Assembly (NCBI GenBank): GCA_964036045.1 | Contig: OZ038379.1 | Span: forward strand, 1,736,001 to 1,800,000 | DNA length: 64,000 nt | Origin: Eutreptiella sp. 'Long Island Sound 2002' | Taxonomy: Eukaryota; Protista; Euglenida | Direction: 5' to 3' | Part shown: positions 1-13,369 of the stretch, piece by piece | Layout: the number at the start of each line of letters is the position of its first letter | Numbering within the stretch: position 1 is the first letter of the stretch | Position numbers and translations under genes: made by a program | Notes under the pieces: generated by a model | What the model was told of the DNA's origin: nothing | Database searches by the model: none | Seen by the model: the letters and a program-made list of their open reading frames with translations, nothing else

Positions 1-61
1 CGACCCACCGTCCCTGCACCATCACGCAGGTCCTCTTCAAAATCTGCCTGCCCCACATATG

Positions 62-540
62 TTACTTCGACACTATCCCTAAAGACGAGTATGCTTGGGA
101 CACCGTGTCCCCATCACTGGCAACACTGAGGCACCAAGCCCGCACTTGTGTGCTATGCACGACACCCCATATCGCACTCCGACACATACCTTCAATCACC
201 AGCATATTAGCCACCTCATTGCCCTCTAAACCCACATGGGACGGCACCCACAATCATTGGACCGTGGGCCCCATCTCGTCAATCAAATCTAATAGGTCCA
301 CCAACATGCTCACATTGGAAAGGGGCCCCTTAGTTCCCACCCACCCTTGCGATCGCCATTTAATCGCCTTTCCCGTGGCTCCCAGGTATACATATTCAGA
401 ATCAGCAACAATACACACGCTGACCAGGACTGTGTGAAACAGGGATTATTCTATGATGGCTGCTCACAATTCCGGTGTGTTACTTTGTTGTCAATGGTCC
501 TCATCCAACGGGGAAAAGATCCGCATCTCTAGACATAATT
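62..540 (-). pseudogene. RNase H1 domain of a retroelement (probably LINE), disrupted
   Basis: Minus-strand translation gives VCIVADSEYVYLGATGKAIKWRSQGWVGTKGPLSNV...MGPTVQ*LWVPSHVGLEGNEVAN, i.e. RNase HI motifs with an in-frame TGA. Homologous to 60012-60560. Confidence 0.85.
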
Positions 541-1089
541 TGTTGCTGGCACATAAACCCCCTACCCCCCCCCCCCCAACCCGTGGTATGTGCCGGCGGT
601 GCGTTCTCTTTGAGGACCCAACTGTGTACACCAGCAAAACACCCTCATTCACCAAAGCACTAATTTTCTATGACAAGTCCTCTACCACTTTAAGGTTCAC
701 CAGTTTGCCTTTATGCCTGACCTGTATCTCCGGTGAACTTGCCGGTTTGGGGGGTCTCTCCACTGCCTGTGTTGACAGTGAGCGGGGTTTCGGGAGCAAG
801 ACCACCGTGGTCACCATGGACTGTAAGGCTGCAAGAAACACTCACACCTCCTCTGTGCACAGAGTGGGGTTTTGTTTTGTTCCCCCACCTACCCGGACAA
901 AATTTCCGCCCATAAGGCTAGAAATCCGTCTATTGTAACCGGTGCCCCTTCCTTCGCTAGCCATCTCACTTTCCTTTTTTTTGCCCTCACAGGCTCAACC
1001 GTTTTGTGGAGGACAATATGAGCTCTCACGCATCCGCCTAGACCAAGATGTAGGGCATATAGTACAAACGAGGGTTCCACATGTTTCAT

Positions 1090-2240
1090 GTATCCCAGCT
1101 TCACTTGGGGAACCTGCATTGCTCACCACCTGCCTGATCTACCTCTTGCATATGAACCACGTGGTGCCACACCTATGGGCCTTATGTTATTCATAGCTTC
1201 TGTCATCTATGTATAAGTCGGTTTGCTCAATTACCCTTCCCCGAGCATTAGTCCTTGAATGCACGCAGGTACTGCTCAGTGACCCATTGACTAAAGCAGC
1301 ACTCCCCACCCCACCACGACCGAGGTAACGTCCTCCACAGCTCGTGCGCCATCCCTTTTGTCCCTTTATCTCTGTGACCCCAAAACCATTCCTGTAATCG
1401 TTCGTGCGCTTCGTGCGAAGGCTCTAGGGTCTCCTCCGCCTCTCGCTGCGTTTCCCAGGGGGCCCTATTAGTATGCTCTTGATATGCGGAGGCTCTCACG
1501 GGCATCGCTTGCTCACGTGCTCGCTCTTGCTGAGGCTATGTCGCATTGTCTGTGACGCCTTGGACCTTTGGTGGTGGCACCCGTGTTTTCGTTGGCGGTC
1601 CAGTGTACAATTTTCCCTTTTGCAGGCTGTGCCTGCCCTCCTGGTCTTGGGGCCGTGTACATATGCCCTTTTGGGGCCGGCTTCCGCAGCATCGCTCCTT
1701 GCTTCACCTCCCTCGGTTGGCGGCACCAGTGACACACTGCAAGATGTTCTTTGTTTTTGCGTCTGCACAGGTCACAGCCCCACGCACCCGGCTTCCAGGC
1801 TTTACACGTCAGACACACTGTCCTGTGGGCGTAGTTGTAAAAGAGGCACTGTCGGCAATTCCAATGTCCCGGTCATCTATCCATTGCACAACACACCGAG
1901 AGTGATGGCACAGCCCCTAGCCCTCCCACCATCCATGTCCTCTCTCTCACATATTGGCTAGCCAGTGTGCATGGGTGTAAAGCCATTCACTATCCATACC
2001 ATAAGTCATCGGCCGCCTGCCCAGTGGCCCACTACCTCAAGTGCGTTACTGTAGTCTCTGTTTCTTCGCCGTCCTAGGTGGTGCCACTACCTCCTCCCCC
2101 TTGGCCCTGCCCCGTCGGCTTGCACTGACGGCTTTCCTATACATTATGGCTACTCCCCACTGATGTGACCTACCCATCTCACTTTCCAAAACACGTGACA
2201 AGCGAGCCACATAACCATGCTGGGCGGGCACTCTAATGAC
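1090..2240 (-). mobile_element. Decayed LINE ORF2 fragment: APE remnant, two RanBP2 fingers, linker, start of RT
   Basis: GVAIMYRK (APE-like) near 2130; zinc fingers at 1711-1863; linker ORF 1248-1505; NNIRPIG (RT N-terminal RPI motif) near 1180-1200. Multiple stops and frameshifts. Confidence 0.6.
1711..1863 (-). other. Two tandem RanBP2-type zinc fingers
   Basis: WNCRQCLFYNYAHRTVCLTC and WGCDLCRRKNKEHLAVCHWC both fit W-x-C-x2-C-x3-N-x6-C-x2-C. Confidence 0.85.
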
Positions 2241-2699
2241 AGCAAGTAATGCCCGGAGGAAAACAGCTGAAACCTGGACACACCATCAACAGCATCCGGC
2301 CAATACACCCCCATTACATGCTGGACCACGGTGTAAAACTAGCACATGCGTAGGGTGTGGTCCAAACTCTCATCCAGACCATAGATCGGGCATGCCCTTG
2401 TACACAAGAGAACAAACACGCGTGCATGGACACAAAATTTGCCCCAACGGTTGACACGGATAAACTCACGCGTGCTCACGCAAACATTCAACCGGCTGAA
2501 TGTGTCACAGACGTCTCCCCCCTATCTGATTGGATACTCTCTGTCTTCCGCTAAAAAGGAAAGAAACACTCCCTTTCCCCACAACCATTTCCATTGAGAA
2601 GGTTGCTCAGAGTGCAATGGTTTGATGGTCTGCATAGAGTGTTGCCCTATCAAGGAGACGTGGCGCCATGTTGGTGGCACTGTCCGCACATGTGTTTTG

Positions 2700-3300
2700 T
2701 GCTCGTGATGTATGAGTTGACTCCACTAGGTATCCATTCCCGGATTAGGGTGGTGCAATAGTATGTATGACCATATCTATTGCCAACAAAAATTTGAGTG
2801 CCACAGGGGGACCTCATGTACCTCCGCCGGTGGCTGCACTCGGGGCACTCGTGACCAAGGAATGAGATTTCGCAGATTTCGCTTTGGGAAGTATAGGCCC
2901 CAACTGTGAAGCCTTAGCACCACCCGGCAAATCAGCTTAACCTGATGGATCAAGGAGTCTATCAGGGTACAGGCCTTGGCCGTCGAGCCAAGCACCATTA
3001 ATATCCAGATTTTTAACAAACAGATGCGCTTGCTAATTGGGGATGGGAGGGCCTAGACAATGCCTACTTTACGCAAACACTGTGGCAAAACTTGGGCATA
3101 TGCCTGGTCCAATGTTAAACCCCAATCTAAAGGTTGACTGGCGGATGCCACCAACGCATTTCCTAGGCAAATACCTACGCACCAAGTCGGTTTGCGGACG
3201 GAAGTACCATACCTTTGCAGTGTGTCTAACCGATGATCCGCTTGGGAGTTGCGCAACGTGGCTGCCATTTTTTTTTAGATTCGGCTGCTAGAATAATCCC
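2700..3300 (-). pseudogene. Degenerate LINE reverse transcriptase fragment
   Basis: ICLLKIWIL...TAKA matches the LINE segment at 27680-27760 (LLLKIWILPLIVWTAKA); weak LD..AY..V motif upstream. Confidence 0.45.
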
Positions 3301-3429
3301 CAAACCGTTGCAACACAGCCATTGCTTCCCCCAATGGCGCATCCTAATATGCCATGTTCTGGCCCTTGGATGGCCCGTTTGGAGATAAATCCATGAGCCG
3401 CATTCAGATGTCGGGCCCGTCCAAAATGT

Positions 3430-5190
3430 TGGTTGGAGTTTTTAGAGTCAAGGTGGGAGGTCCTTCAAGAGCAACATGTCCTACATGCTCGGCCGCGGGC
3501 CTATGCTTCAAAGATATCACCATTTAAAAGGTTTTGTCCGCAGACAACAACAAACGGCGTCCGCTCCCAAGGCACTAGAATATGCCCAGGGTCTTCACAA
3601 TCGACGTGCCCCCGTGATGGGACCAAGCAGATTTGTCTGCGGTGTTCGCATCGAAGTGGTTATCAATTATATGCCGTTAAGCATGGGCCAGATGAGGATG
3701 GCAACCTAGAGAATCTCCGGGGAGGATCTGGCACCGCTCGCGGGCATCGTTTTCCATGGGGTGAGTGGTAAAGACGCGGTGTCAATTGTTGGGGAGTCCG
3801 AATAACTGGCCAAGAAGGATCTCATTGCCGCTGCAATGAAGGCTTGCCCAGAATGAGCGCTACCGCCCAAATTGATCACAGCCAAAGACATGGATGATGC
3901 CATGAGTCTAGAGGCAGTAGTCCCGACAATATTGAAGAGAATGAAGCACAAGCGTTATGGCCATGGTAGCAGCGAGGCGGCAAGCACCAATGGAACATCA
4001 TCACAGCCTGACCACCCCTCTGAGGGTGATGACCTTGAATCTCAAAATAGTCACAGAGATGGTAAACGGAAAGTGACAAGGTTGTCTATGGTAGTACATT
4101 ACGCGAGGTCGGCATCCTTAGATATAATCGGAGTTCATGAACCGCGCCTCGCAACGCTACTGGATGTGGACCAATGCATGCGGGATCTAAATAAGTTGGG
4201 CTATTCTTTTACGGGGGCCAAGTAATCTGGTTGGGCGGGGGGTTGTGGGGCTTAACTCGAAAACGTCCCAATGGAAATTTGAAATCTTTTGAAGTTATTC
4301 CGTGTACCTTGGCAGTGGCCGAGTTATCTCGGGGCAATGTTTCGGCTAAAGTGGTGGCAGCACACTTCCATCACAAACATTCGCTCCGTTATCAACAGTG
4401 CACTCCCATTACGGACACACGGCAAGGGCAAGCGCGTATCATGCTGGCACATCATAGCAGCAAGGGAGACGTGCATACCGCCGCCCTAAGTCTGAGCATC
4501 CGATGGCATTGAAGGCGAGAAACTTGAAAACACCATCCCTCAATGAGGCCAATTTGGTGGATGTGTGGCTGGAAGTCCTGTCAGAGATTTGCGTTTGAAC
4601 CAATTTGGATGATGAATAAACATGTGCGATCATTCTTTGCTAGGTTTGCTTGTTTGCGTAAATGAGCCAAGCCATACACTCAGCTCTCATTTTATCACCC
4701 AACAAATAACGTGGAGGTGGCATAGCGGGTTTGGAATCTGAAGTTCGGAAGGAATCCATGTCACCCACACCAGAAGCCCCAACACCGGCAGCGCTCTCGC
4801 CAACTCCTGCAACACCTGGGGCACTTCCACATCAAAATCCTCTAACCCCACCCCAAAAAAATAGACATCCTCGGGCAACGTCTCATTCGCGTCATCTAGT
4901 GCAGCATCTCGGGCCGCAACCCACCCGCTGTTGGGAGCGGGGGGGTGATGACATGCAACAAGCCCCTGCAATTCTTCTTTTTCAGCCCACTCAAAGTCTT
5001 CACCAATACCGGCACTTCCACTGCCATCCGCGGAAGCTTGAGACCATCTCCCGCATCAAAAACCCTGTTGAGAAAAACGGTCTCGCTCTTAACCGGGACC
5101 CAAAGGGAATACACCTACTTTGTCGCGAGCCAACCCAAGTGGCGTGTGAGTAGCCGCAAAGAATGGAAAAATCATGGGGGCTTCCGGTAG
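3430..5190 (+). mobile_element. Decayed LINE 5' part (ORF1-like region plus AP endonuclease)
   Basis: ORF 3872-4225 has LDIIGVHEPR (APE catalytic Glu motif); ORF 4231-4512 has GGGL and a VVAAHF strand; fragmented by stops and frameshifts. Confidence 0.65.
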
Positions 5191-6755
5191 CCCCCCGCCC
5201 CCTTCGCAAAGCTCCGGCTGGCTTGTGCGATTCAACGGGCAGGGCCTTGAGCAACGGATACAGGACTGACACACACACCCTTGACACAGGTACATGGTCA
5301 TACTCGGGATTCTCAGTTCAGTGTTAATTTGTCGCACTGCACCACGATGCAGCACTGCATTGAGTTTTCCTTGGTCAGGAGGCAGGGGCCATGAACAACG
5401 GATAAAGGACTCGCATATACCCCCGTGACACGGGCATATCTTCATCGTCACCACTTAGTTCATTGTTTGACTTGCTATATTTCAGCACATCTCCGATGAG
5501 GCCGAATGTTTCTTGGCCCGCTTGAGGTAGCTACACCCCCCCCACTGGCTCGGTTAGGCAAGCATCCCATTCATACAAAAGCGACAACTCCACGGCAGGC
5601 CAACCGGGACCTGGTTCCGAGCTTGCGCTCTGTGGCGTGTGTGTGTAGTGCATTTCCGGTTTGATGCTTGGCCGTCACCAATATAACTGTTGACGCCACC
5701 AGCCGCTTGCGTTTGACGCTTCACTCCTCCGGGACTCAAACTTTTATCGGTTCATATCACGTGTTGAAGCCTCGAGGCAGAGCCGGCCCCATCGCCTCCA
5801 CAGGAGGCTCCCTCGGACCTGGCCTCCAACCCGAAGAGCACTGTGATGTGTGTGCAAGTGCATTTCACGTATGCTCCTTCCTTTTGCTTTTGCTGTGCTC
5901 GGTTCAGCCTTTAACAGTACAAAATTTGGACAGACGTCTCGCCTCAGCCGAGTACCATTTCGCTGTGCATGAACAATGGCCCTCATTGTCTAAGGTCTCG
6001 CCTCGATTTTTCGTGTTGCCTGGTGCACAAAAAAAAAGACCTCCGTGCTGGTTGGGAGCAAAAGATTTGACCGGAGAGGATGCCACATATTCATTGAAGA
6101 TACCTCTATGTCGACCATCTACGTGCCCCTACCGGGGTTCCTCCCCCCCCCCCCCCCGTGGCGGCGCGCGGGTCGTGGATGATACCAATATAGTATGTTG
6201 GCTATATGTTTTATATATCCCTTCCCCGGACAGTGTGCAGTGTCATGGTGGCGTTTTATCTGTATTGGCTTTTCTGCAGGGGCGGGGCAGGGCCATGAGG
6301 CAACGGAAACTGGGCAAGGGGGGGGGGGGGGTTCTAAACAACCCCTCAGAACTCCACCGCAATCTGAGTAAGGTGAGCCAAAGGGCTTTAGGCTTTGCAC
6401 TGCTAACGGCCGCACCCGGAGGCAACACACTTAGCGGGTGGCCCACCGCCTCGTTCCTTGCGGGATACTCTAGCGGATTTAGCCAAACGGATTCCATTGG
6501 CATCAAGCCGCTTCACCTTGCACCAACCTCCACCGGCACGCCACCCTTCCGCGTCCATACACGCACGGCAACACCCACCACTTCAGCGGACCCTTCGCCA
6601 CCACTCGCGCCGAGCAGCGGCCGTTGAGGAACTTTACAACCAGGAACACCCCCAACTCCATGACAATTTTTCCCTCCAATGGCATAGACGTGGAAATTGG
6701 AGGCACTGGTGTGGGACGGCTTCGTTGTTAGCCCTAAGCGTGTGCAAGCACAAAG

Positions 6756-6930
6756 TGTGAAGACAAAAAAGTGTAACAACATGACACCAACCGTGAAGAC
6801 GAAGCAGTGTGACAGAATGACACAAAGTATGCCAACACAAAAGTGTGACCACATGACACCAACTGTGATGACAAAAAGGTGCGGTGACATGACATAAAGT
6901 TTGACGACAAAAAATGTGTGACGACATGAA
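6756..6930 (+). repeat. Degenerate 36-bp minisatellite, about 5 copies
   Basis: Unit approximately gtgaagacaaaaaagtgtaacaacatgacaccaacc; 12-aa periodicity in ORF 6697-6897 (VKTKKCNNMTPT / VKTKQCDRMTQS / MPTQKCDHMTPT / VMTKRCGDMT). Confidence 0.85.
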
Positions 6931-7589
6931 TGCCCACCACACACTTGGTCTTCTTGGGGAAGATGGTGGACGTGCTAGAGAGGGTTATTTGGTCCCAACG
7001 GGTGCCACATTTGCAGATGTTTGTGGCCTAGATGAGGTGGGTAGTTTGGTGGTCGCAGGAGCGCCTTATGGAGTCCTTTTTTGGGGTTCTACATTGAGGG
7101 ATCCGTCCCCGAGAAGGTGCCCTGTCCCTTTGCTATGGCCGCGTATTTTGGGCTGCGAGTACATACCCCACGCTGTGCTGGACTCCTCGGTGGCTCTTAT
7201 TGTCTTGCTGCAAAACTGTGGAGGGTGCCCAACCCCCCGCATGGAGTTTGTGTCTAGAGCCGAGGGTGGGGGTGCCGAGGAACGGCATGCCCCTGCGTGT
7301 CGAATGACGTAACACAATTTGTTTCGGTTTTCAAGAAGCGATCGCTGGTCTATGTGACGTTGGAGAAAGTGTCACTCATAAACCGCTATGTGGGCCCAAA
7401 ATGGCCCCAATGGGTGTGCCTCTCCCCGGGTTGATTTCCCGTCTAGGGAGCAAGTGAGTAGGACATTGGTGATATTTTCCCCAGGCGTCCCGCTTTATGG
7501 AACCCAGATGCATCTCAAAAACATATTTTGGAGCATTGTGTTGCTGGAATAAGCTAGAATGCTTTTTCCATTGTGATCAGGTCCCGGTC

Positions 7590-8360
7590 CTGTTGTTCTT
7601 GCTGGTGGGACAACCACATTGGTGTGCAAACTTCACACACATGTGCTACCCACAATGCATTCAATCACCACCCACTACTGCCATCTCTTTGCCAATGTGC
7701 GACATTTTCCCGCAATTTGCTTCCGATCCTCTAATACTCGCCTTATCTTTTTGCTCTTCCGGGGTGGGCATGATCTCATTGCAAACTCTGCGGGCTGTCA
7801 TGGTTGATACAAGGCTGTAGCCAACTGATGTTCATTGTTCCCGAGCCATGCTGCTCTGCTACTGGGCTTTCCCACCAAAAACACGCAATCTCATCTACTA
7901 CCTCCCAATCTCATGTATAGGACACACCCAAAATCACCTTGGCACGTCTGAATAGCTGGCACACTACACCATAATCGGCGCTGCAAGTCCTATTTCTTTT
8001 GGGGGGGGGGGGCGAGAACTCTGTGTTTGATATCGAGCACTTCTCACAAATGGGGCCTCTCACATGTAGAATTCAATAGACGCCTGGGAAGCCTAGGGAA
8101 TGCTTGCTCGGCGCACAGAAATGCTGTCCCAGCAAGCACAATTTGGATGGCTTGGACGGTTAGTGTTTGCATTCTTGATACAACCACTCTCGCACCAGGG
8201 TGGACGACACATCCACAGGTGGTCACTTGAAACAATCCGACTGCGCTGATACAAAATTGGGGGATTTGGGGCAAACCCCGATTCACCGGGTGTTGATGCC
8301 TTTGTTTGGCATTTCGCACGCTCATGGCTTTGCAAATCAGGTTGCCAGTGCACACATTGC
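7590..8360 (+). repeat. Dispersed ~0.8-kb repeat family B, copy 1 (most diverged)
   Basis: Aligns by eye with 28690-29500 and 60915-61720 (ccacattgg.gtgcaaacttcacac...gatctcattgcaaactctg...tttgcattcttgatac). Its 3' part matches segment Q of the tandem array. Confidence 0.85.
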
Positions 8361-8584
8361 GTTCCATGCCCCCCTCGTCTCGTTGCAAGGAGCATACCTG
8401 AAACACCTTTGACACACGCATGAGAGTGCTCTGAAGGTTGGAGGCTGGGTCCCGGGCCTTGCCCTCGCTCTTCGGCAAATGATGCGAATTGGTCCGTGGA
8501 TCAAGTTCCCAGAGGAGTGAAATGTCTTTGGGAGCGGGTGGCTCAGGAAACGGTTGCCATGGTTTCGGCGATGTAGCATACCGG

Positions 8585-8620
8585 ACACACACAACACACA
8601 CACACACACACACACACATG
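8585..8620. repeat. (CA)n microsatellite
   Basis: Direct observation. It follows a tRNA A-box-like stretch (gatgtagcataccgg) also seen at ~57830 on the minus strand. Confidence 0.95.
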
Positions 8621-11329
8621 TGTGTACCTTGCCGTGCATGGTTCATGGCTAACCGTCGCCTATGGGGAGGATGATTTTACGTAGACGGCCTACGGAACAT
8701 TCCATAGCCGTCGTGTGCGGCGACCTCAAGGCAACGTTTTGCGATGATATGGCTTGCGCTGGAGTGTAGCAAGGAAAAACAAAGTGCTATGAGTTGTGAT
8801 TATGACCGTATGCCCATGTCACGAGGGCATATGCAAGCTCAATATCCGTTGCTCATGACTTCAGCAGCTTTTGGCTTGCACAGGCGAACCTTGAAAGTTT
8901 GAGTGAACAGCTTATGAGTCTTTTTAGTTTCGTTCAACCTTGGCATCTTGCTCGACGCACACGCACTTGCTCTCTTATGGATAGCGCCCAAGCGAAGAGC
9001 AGACAAAGTGTGTTGAACAACCATGGAGGAAGGAAGGAAATGAGGTGAGTTGTGGCACCACACAGCCTCACCGGCAGAGCCACCGCTCAACGATTCCACG
9101 GATCGCAAAAAAAAACACCAAAACTACATCCAGCTCCGTCATTGGGGAACACGAAGCGCCCGAAGGGACGATCATCTCCATGGACCACGACACTAAACAA
9201 AACCACTACGAGCCTCTGGGGTTGAAATGTACCCCCAGGGCAACCCAAGCCACGTGCATGCGGACTATGGTAATGTAACGATGCTGCTACCCTGATCATC
9301 CCCTCCCAATTAGTGCCCAAGGCGCCGGCAAACGTGACGTTCGGCGCGTCCTGGCCATCCTTGGGGTGGTGGGGTTTTTTCACCTTTTTGTGGATTCACT
9401 GTGTTGGAACAGGCGATGAGAGGAATCCACATCCTATGCATAAATGCTGCCGCACCACTTTTTAACTCGTGGGGTTGTGGGGTTCTTCACCTTTTTGTAG
9501 ATTCAACGACATCTATGCTGAAGTCTCATCAAGAGGAGCCCCTTCTCGCCAGGGGACTATGAGTCCGAGTCCTCACTAGAGCGTGGGGCATGCGTCGTGT
9601 CACTATTGGTGCTTATCCATCGCGCCCAAGTGAAGTAGGGGGGTTGGTAGATTTCCCTCCCTGGATCATGGTCTCACAAGCACAAAAGAATCTCAGGCAC
9701 ATGCTCCATCACTGGCTGCTGGTGGGCTATGGGTTCAGTATGGTGTGAGTGTCCGTGAGTGTATAGAAACACCTCGTTGTATAGGGCAGGCAGGCGGGCC
9801 ATGATCACCAAAATATAAAAATACTCTGAAATCAGATATCCACATGCATGGGAAATCCGGTGGTTCCCTGAATTTTCCTCCCTGGATTCTGGTCTCACAA
9901 GCACAACACAAACTAAGGCACGTGCTCCATCACTCTCCGCGCCCATCCCACCGAGGAACGTGTCTGTGCAGGTAGTAGCATGCAGACATGGGCATAAGTT
10001 CTGTGCTTCTAGGACTGTGGCGATGGACCCTTCCAAGTCTCTTCGGTGTCAAGACCCCTAAGGGCTTCATATCATGTGTAAAATCACTCGTTCGTCTCCT
10101 GCCTTGGACCCATGTCACGCGTGTACAGTACATCCGAGCGGTATTTAACTCACGTCCTCGAGTACACGCCCAAAGAAGCATGTCATGTTCTCAGGGACAC
10201 TCATCGATGTACCTGTGTCATTGCTGCTTCAGCATGCTACCCACCCCTCCGGGGACCGTGTCACTACAAGTACTTGCATCCACACATGGGCTTAACAACT
10301 GAGCGTCTGAGCTTGTGGGGTTGGTCCCATCCATAGACCCTCGGTGGCATGACACGAAAGGGCTTTGGGATCCGTGTAAAGACACGGGTACGTCGCCTGC
10401 ATTAGACCCATGGCTCGCCTTTACAGTGCCTCGCAAGAGTACGATACTACCGTCCTCCCGGGCACTCGCAAAGGAGCATGTCATGTCCTTAGGGACACTC
10501 GGCGAGGCACCCGTGTCAGTGTTGCTCAAGCGTACTGTCTAATGCATGGCTCTGTAATCAAAAGTGTATATACTACACGCAGTGCGTCGCCCAAGATTGG
10601 GTCACATTGTCGGAATAGGACTTGTTCGAAACGGCGCAAGATATCGGGCATTCCCGAAAACCAAATGTGGTGATAAGCCCTGGCCTAGTTGGCAGAACCG
10701 GAAACTGGTGTCCGTCCGCCTGGGGTAGGGACAATCAAGGAGACCTCCCAATCAAAGTCGTGAAGTTGCAATGTGTCTTTGCGGATCCATTGTACCAGCA
10801 TGTTCTCGCATACCCTCTGTTTCAGAGGCCACATCACCTAGACAAGTAGGGAGTACATTTCATGCTTCAACCTCACCTTTGGATCCCCTCTCGTCCTGAC
10901 AACCTCAATCGTCCTTCTGGCTTCCGAGCTAATGTGCAGTCCTGCCCAGATTCTTTGATTGTGCCTCCAGATCATCGCGTCAAGTGTGAGTCTCGGCGTC
11001 TCAAATGCCTCCTGCTCCACTTCTGCCAAGTGTCATATGGCCAACACCTTGAAGCGCTGTCTTTCCGGTTGCGGCTTAGGCCTTTCATCTTGCGCCTTTG
11101 GTGGCATGACACCAAGGGGCCTCGGCTCACATGTGAAAACATGGGCATGTATAAAATGATGTGGCATGGAGGCCAGTACTTGCTAGGCGCGGTTGCAAGT
11201 GGAAGAGGTGTGGTCATACCCCTGCCGAGCCCATGTGGTTCAGTTGTCGGACATCGGACATGAGGGTTCCCCACTTGGACATAGCGTCTATTGTCGCCCT
11301 GGTTAGTGATTTCCGGTCGGTCCCCTTCA

Positions 11330-11700
11330 ACCTGGACAGGGGATCCGCCAGCATCATCTCTTATTTGACCCCAAACAAATGCCACAGGGCCCCACACCAC
11401 CGGAGCCTGTTGAAGATCCTACGTAGCATTTTGTTCTAGGTGACAGCCCCCGGTGTGGTAGACAGCTTCTTAACCCTGGCAATGGCCGCCATGTTATCCC
11501 CCACCACGTTGGCAGGGCTCCATCCACATTTTTCCACTAGGCTGGTGGTGTACCCTATGCCCTAGAGTTCTCCCTATTGCTGATTCTGCGACATGAAGGT
11601 TCAGCACCTAAAAGCTCCGTTGCTAGGCGACACACCCACTCTGTGCAGTCCCCCCCCGCCTTTGTGGCGTCTACTGCCACCCAAGGTGCAAGCGGGGGGG
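11330..11700 (-). pseudogene. DIRS-type RNase H
   Basis: PWVAVDA (first Asp), DNMAAI, and MLADPLSR motifs across frameshifts and stops. Confidence 0.75.
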
Positions 11701-11829
11701 GGGGGGGGCAGCAGATATTGTCCCATGCACAGGCAGTGTCCCACTTAGGAACGCATCCACCATGCTGAGGGTCATAATGCGTGAGGGCGTGCGAGCGCAC
11801 GTGAACCCTGTAGACTTCCACCCGTACTA

Positions 11830-12650
11830 ACCAAACGTGAACGCCGTCATGCCTAGCCGGGGCCCAAACAGCCACTGAAGCCGACCTATTACCCTCTCCA
11901 CTGTTTTTGGCGTCAGCTTGGACACCGCTGCCCTTACCACTACCGCCAGCGCCTTGCGCATTGTTCCTGGAGTGTTGTGCACTGTCCCTCTGGCTCGGTC
12001 AAAAGTGTTACCAATCCATGTGACCAGCGCCGACGAATCCGTGTGGCTTTTGCTGCTTATCAATAGTGGCTGCGCTTGCCACAACTCGCACAGACTGCAC
12101 CTGACCACCCGCAACAGGGCTGTGTCCCTTGCCAAAAGCAGGATGTCATCCAGGTAATGGAAGTACACCACCCCACTTCAAGCGAACCTCTCCACGCATC
12201 GCTTGATGAGGTCCCCCGGTGTTCCTTGGGCAATAAGCGGGGAGTAGTTCCACCCAAATGGAAGTGAGTGAAAGTCCGCGCGTCTTCCAAGCGGAAGAGG
12301 TCCCTCACCACATCAAGCATCCTCGACGACGAGTAGAAATTCGTCAGGTCGGCGGTGGTTCCAAACATAGGGCCTCGCCGTCTCATTGGTTCTATCCTAT
12401 TGAAGATCTCCGCCACCGTCGAGAGTGGGGACTTGCGCAGTTTGATTGTGCATTCCTTGATCAGGTTGTGCAGGTCCACGATGAAGGCGCAGTTTTGCGC
12501 GTTCTTTGGCTTCACAAATGCACAGCAGTTGCTGTCCATGTCGCTTGCCCGTGCGTGCAGGAGGCCATCCGTCAAGAGCGCCTTGCATGAGAGCTTACAT
12601 AGTTTTGTAAGCGGGTGGACTAGGTACTTGGACATTTGTGTTTTCCAGTT
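11830..12650 (-). pseudogene. Reverse transcriptase of YR-retroelement type
   Basis: AFVKPKN...FIVDLHNL, TADLTNFY, YFHYLDDILLL, VTWIG and IGRLQW motifs in ORFs 12060-12725 and 11827-12171 (frameshifted). Confidence 0.9.
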
Positions 12651-13369
12651 TTGGATCTGAGTAACCACCTTTGAGAAGACACAGCTGCGGTCCTGATCTC
12701 CAGGGGCGCGCCATAGCTCCCACATAGCCCAATTCCTGCATCTGCCATGTCGTCGGATACAACTCCTTCCCTTGGCTCTCCGTCGGATCCATCGTAATCG
12801 TCATCCAAAAGGTCCCAATCCATACTCGACAGTTGCTCTATGGCATGTACAAGAGTCTTCATCCACGGTCCTTGTGTGTGATATTCGTAAAACCGTTTGC
12901 GTGCTCTAAATGAGACCAGCTGCGGCGCCCGGATGGTTTCCGAGCAGGGCACCTTCAGCCCATTCGCCACCCCACGTGAAAGTTTCCACGGCAGGGCTCC
13001 GCAATGTTTATCAGGAGGCCGTGCATTGCGGCAACTAGCCGGGTCCAGGCAGGTGGTCCACTTTGCGGGGTGCTGCCAGCCATCATCAACCAGATTAGGC
13101 CCTTGCCCGACAACGGCGCTTCTTCATGGGCATTCGTCGGCGGGGTCAGGCCTGGGTGTCATTGCCCCCCGAGGTACTTGCGCTTCATTGTCCAATGTCT
13201 CTGCCGTCAATACTATCGCTGAGAACGTTGTTGGGGAAGAATTCCGCTTGCCGGACATCGGGGACTGCAAGTCTACATGACCTCTTCGCGAACATGTCCT
13301 TGCTGACGAGATTTGGGGCGCTGGACCATTGGGAGACAAATTTGATTGTCCCTTCTTCTGCGCACTCCG

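Noticed and set aside
5668-6627. 319-aa plus-strand ORF
   Set aside because: It runs through poly-C/G tracts and a family-A repeat head, has no motif or codon bias, and is probably a chance ORF.
9045-9278. Possible OTU-protease remnant (NHYEPL)
   Set aside because: A single short motif with no catalytic Cys box found; insufficient evidence.
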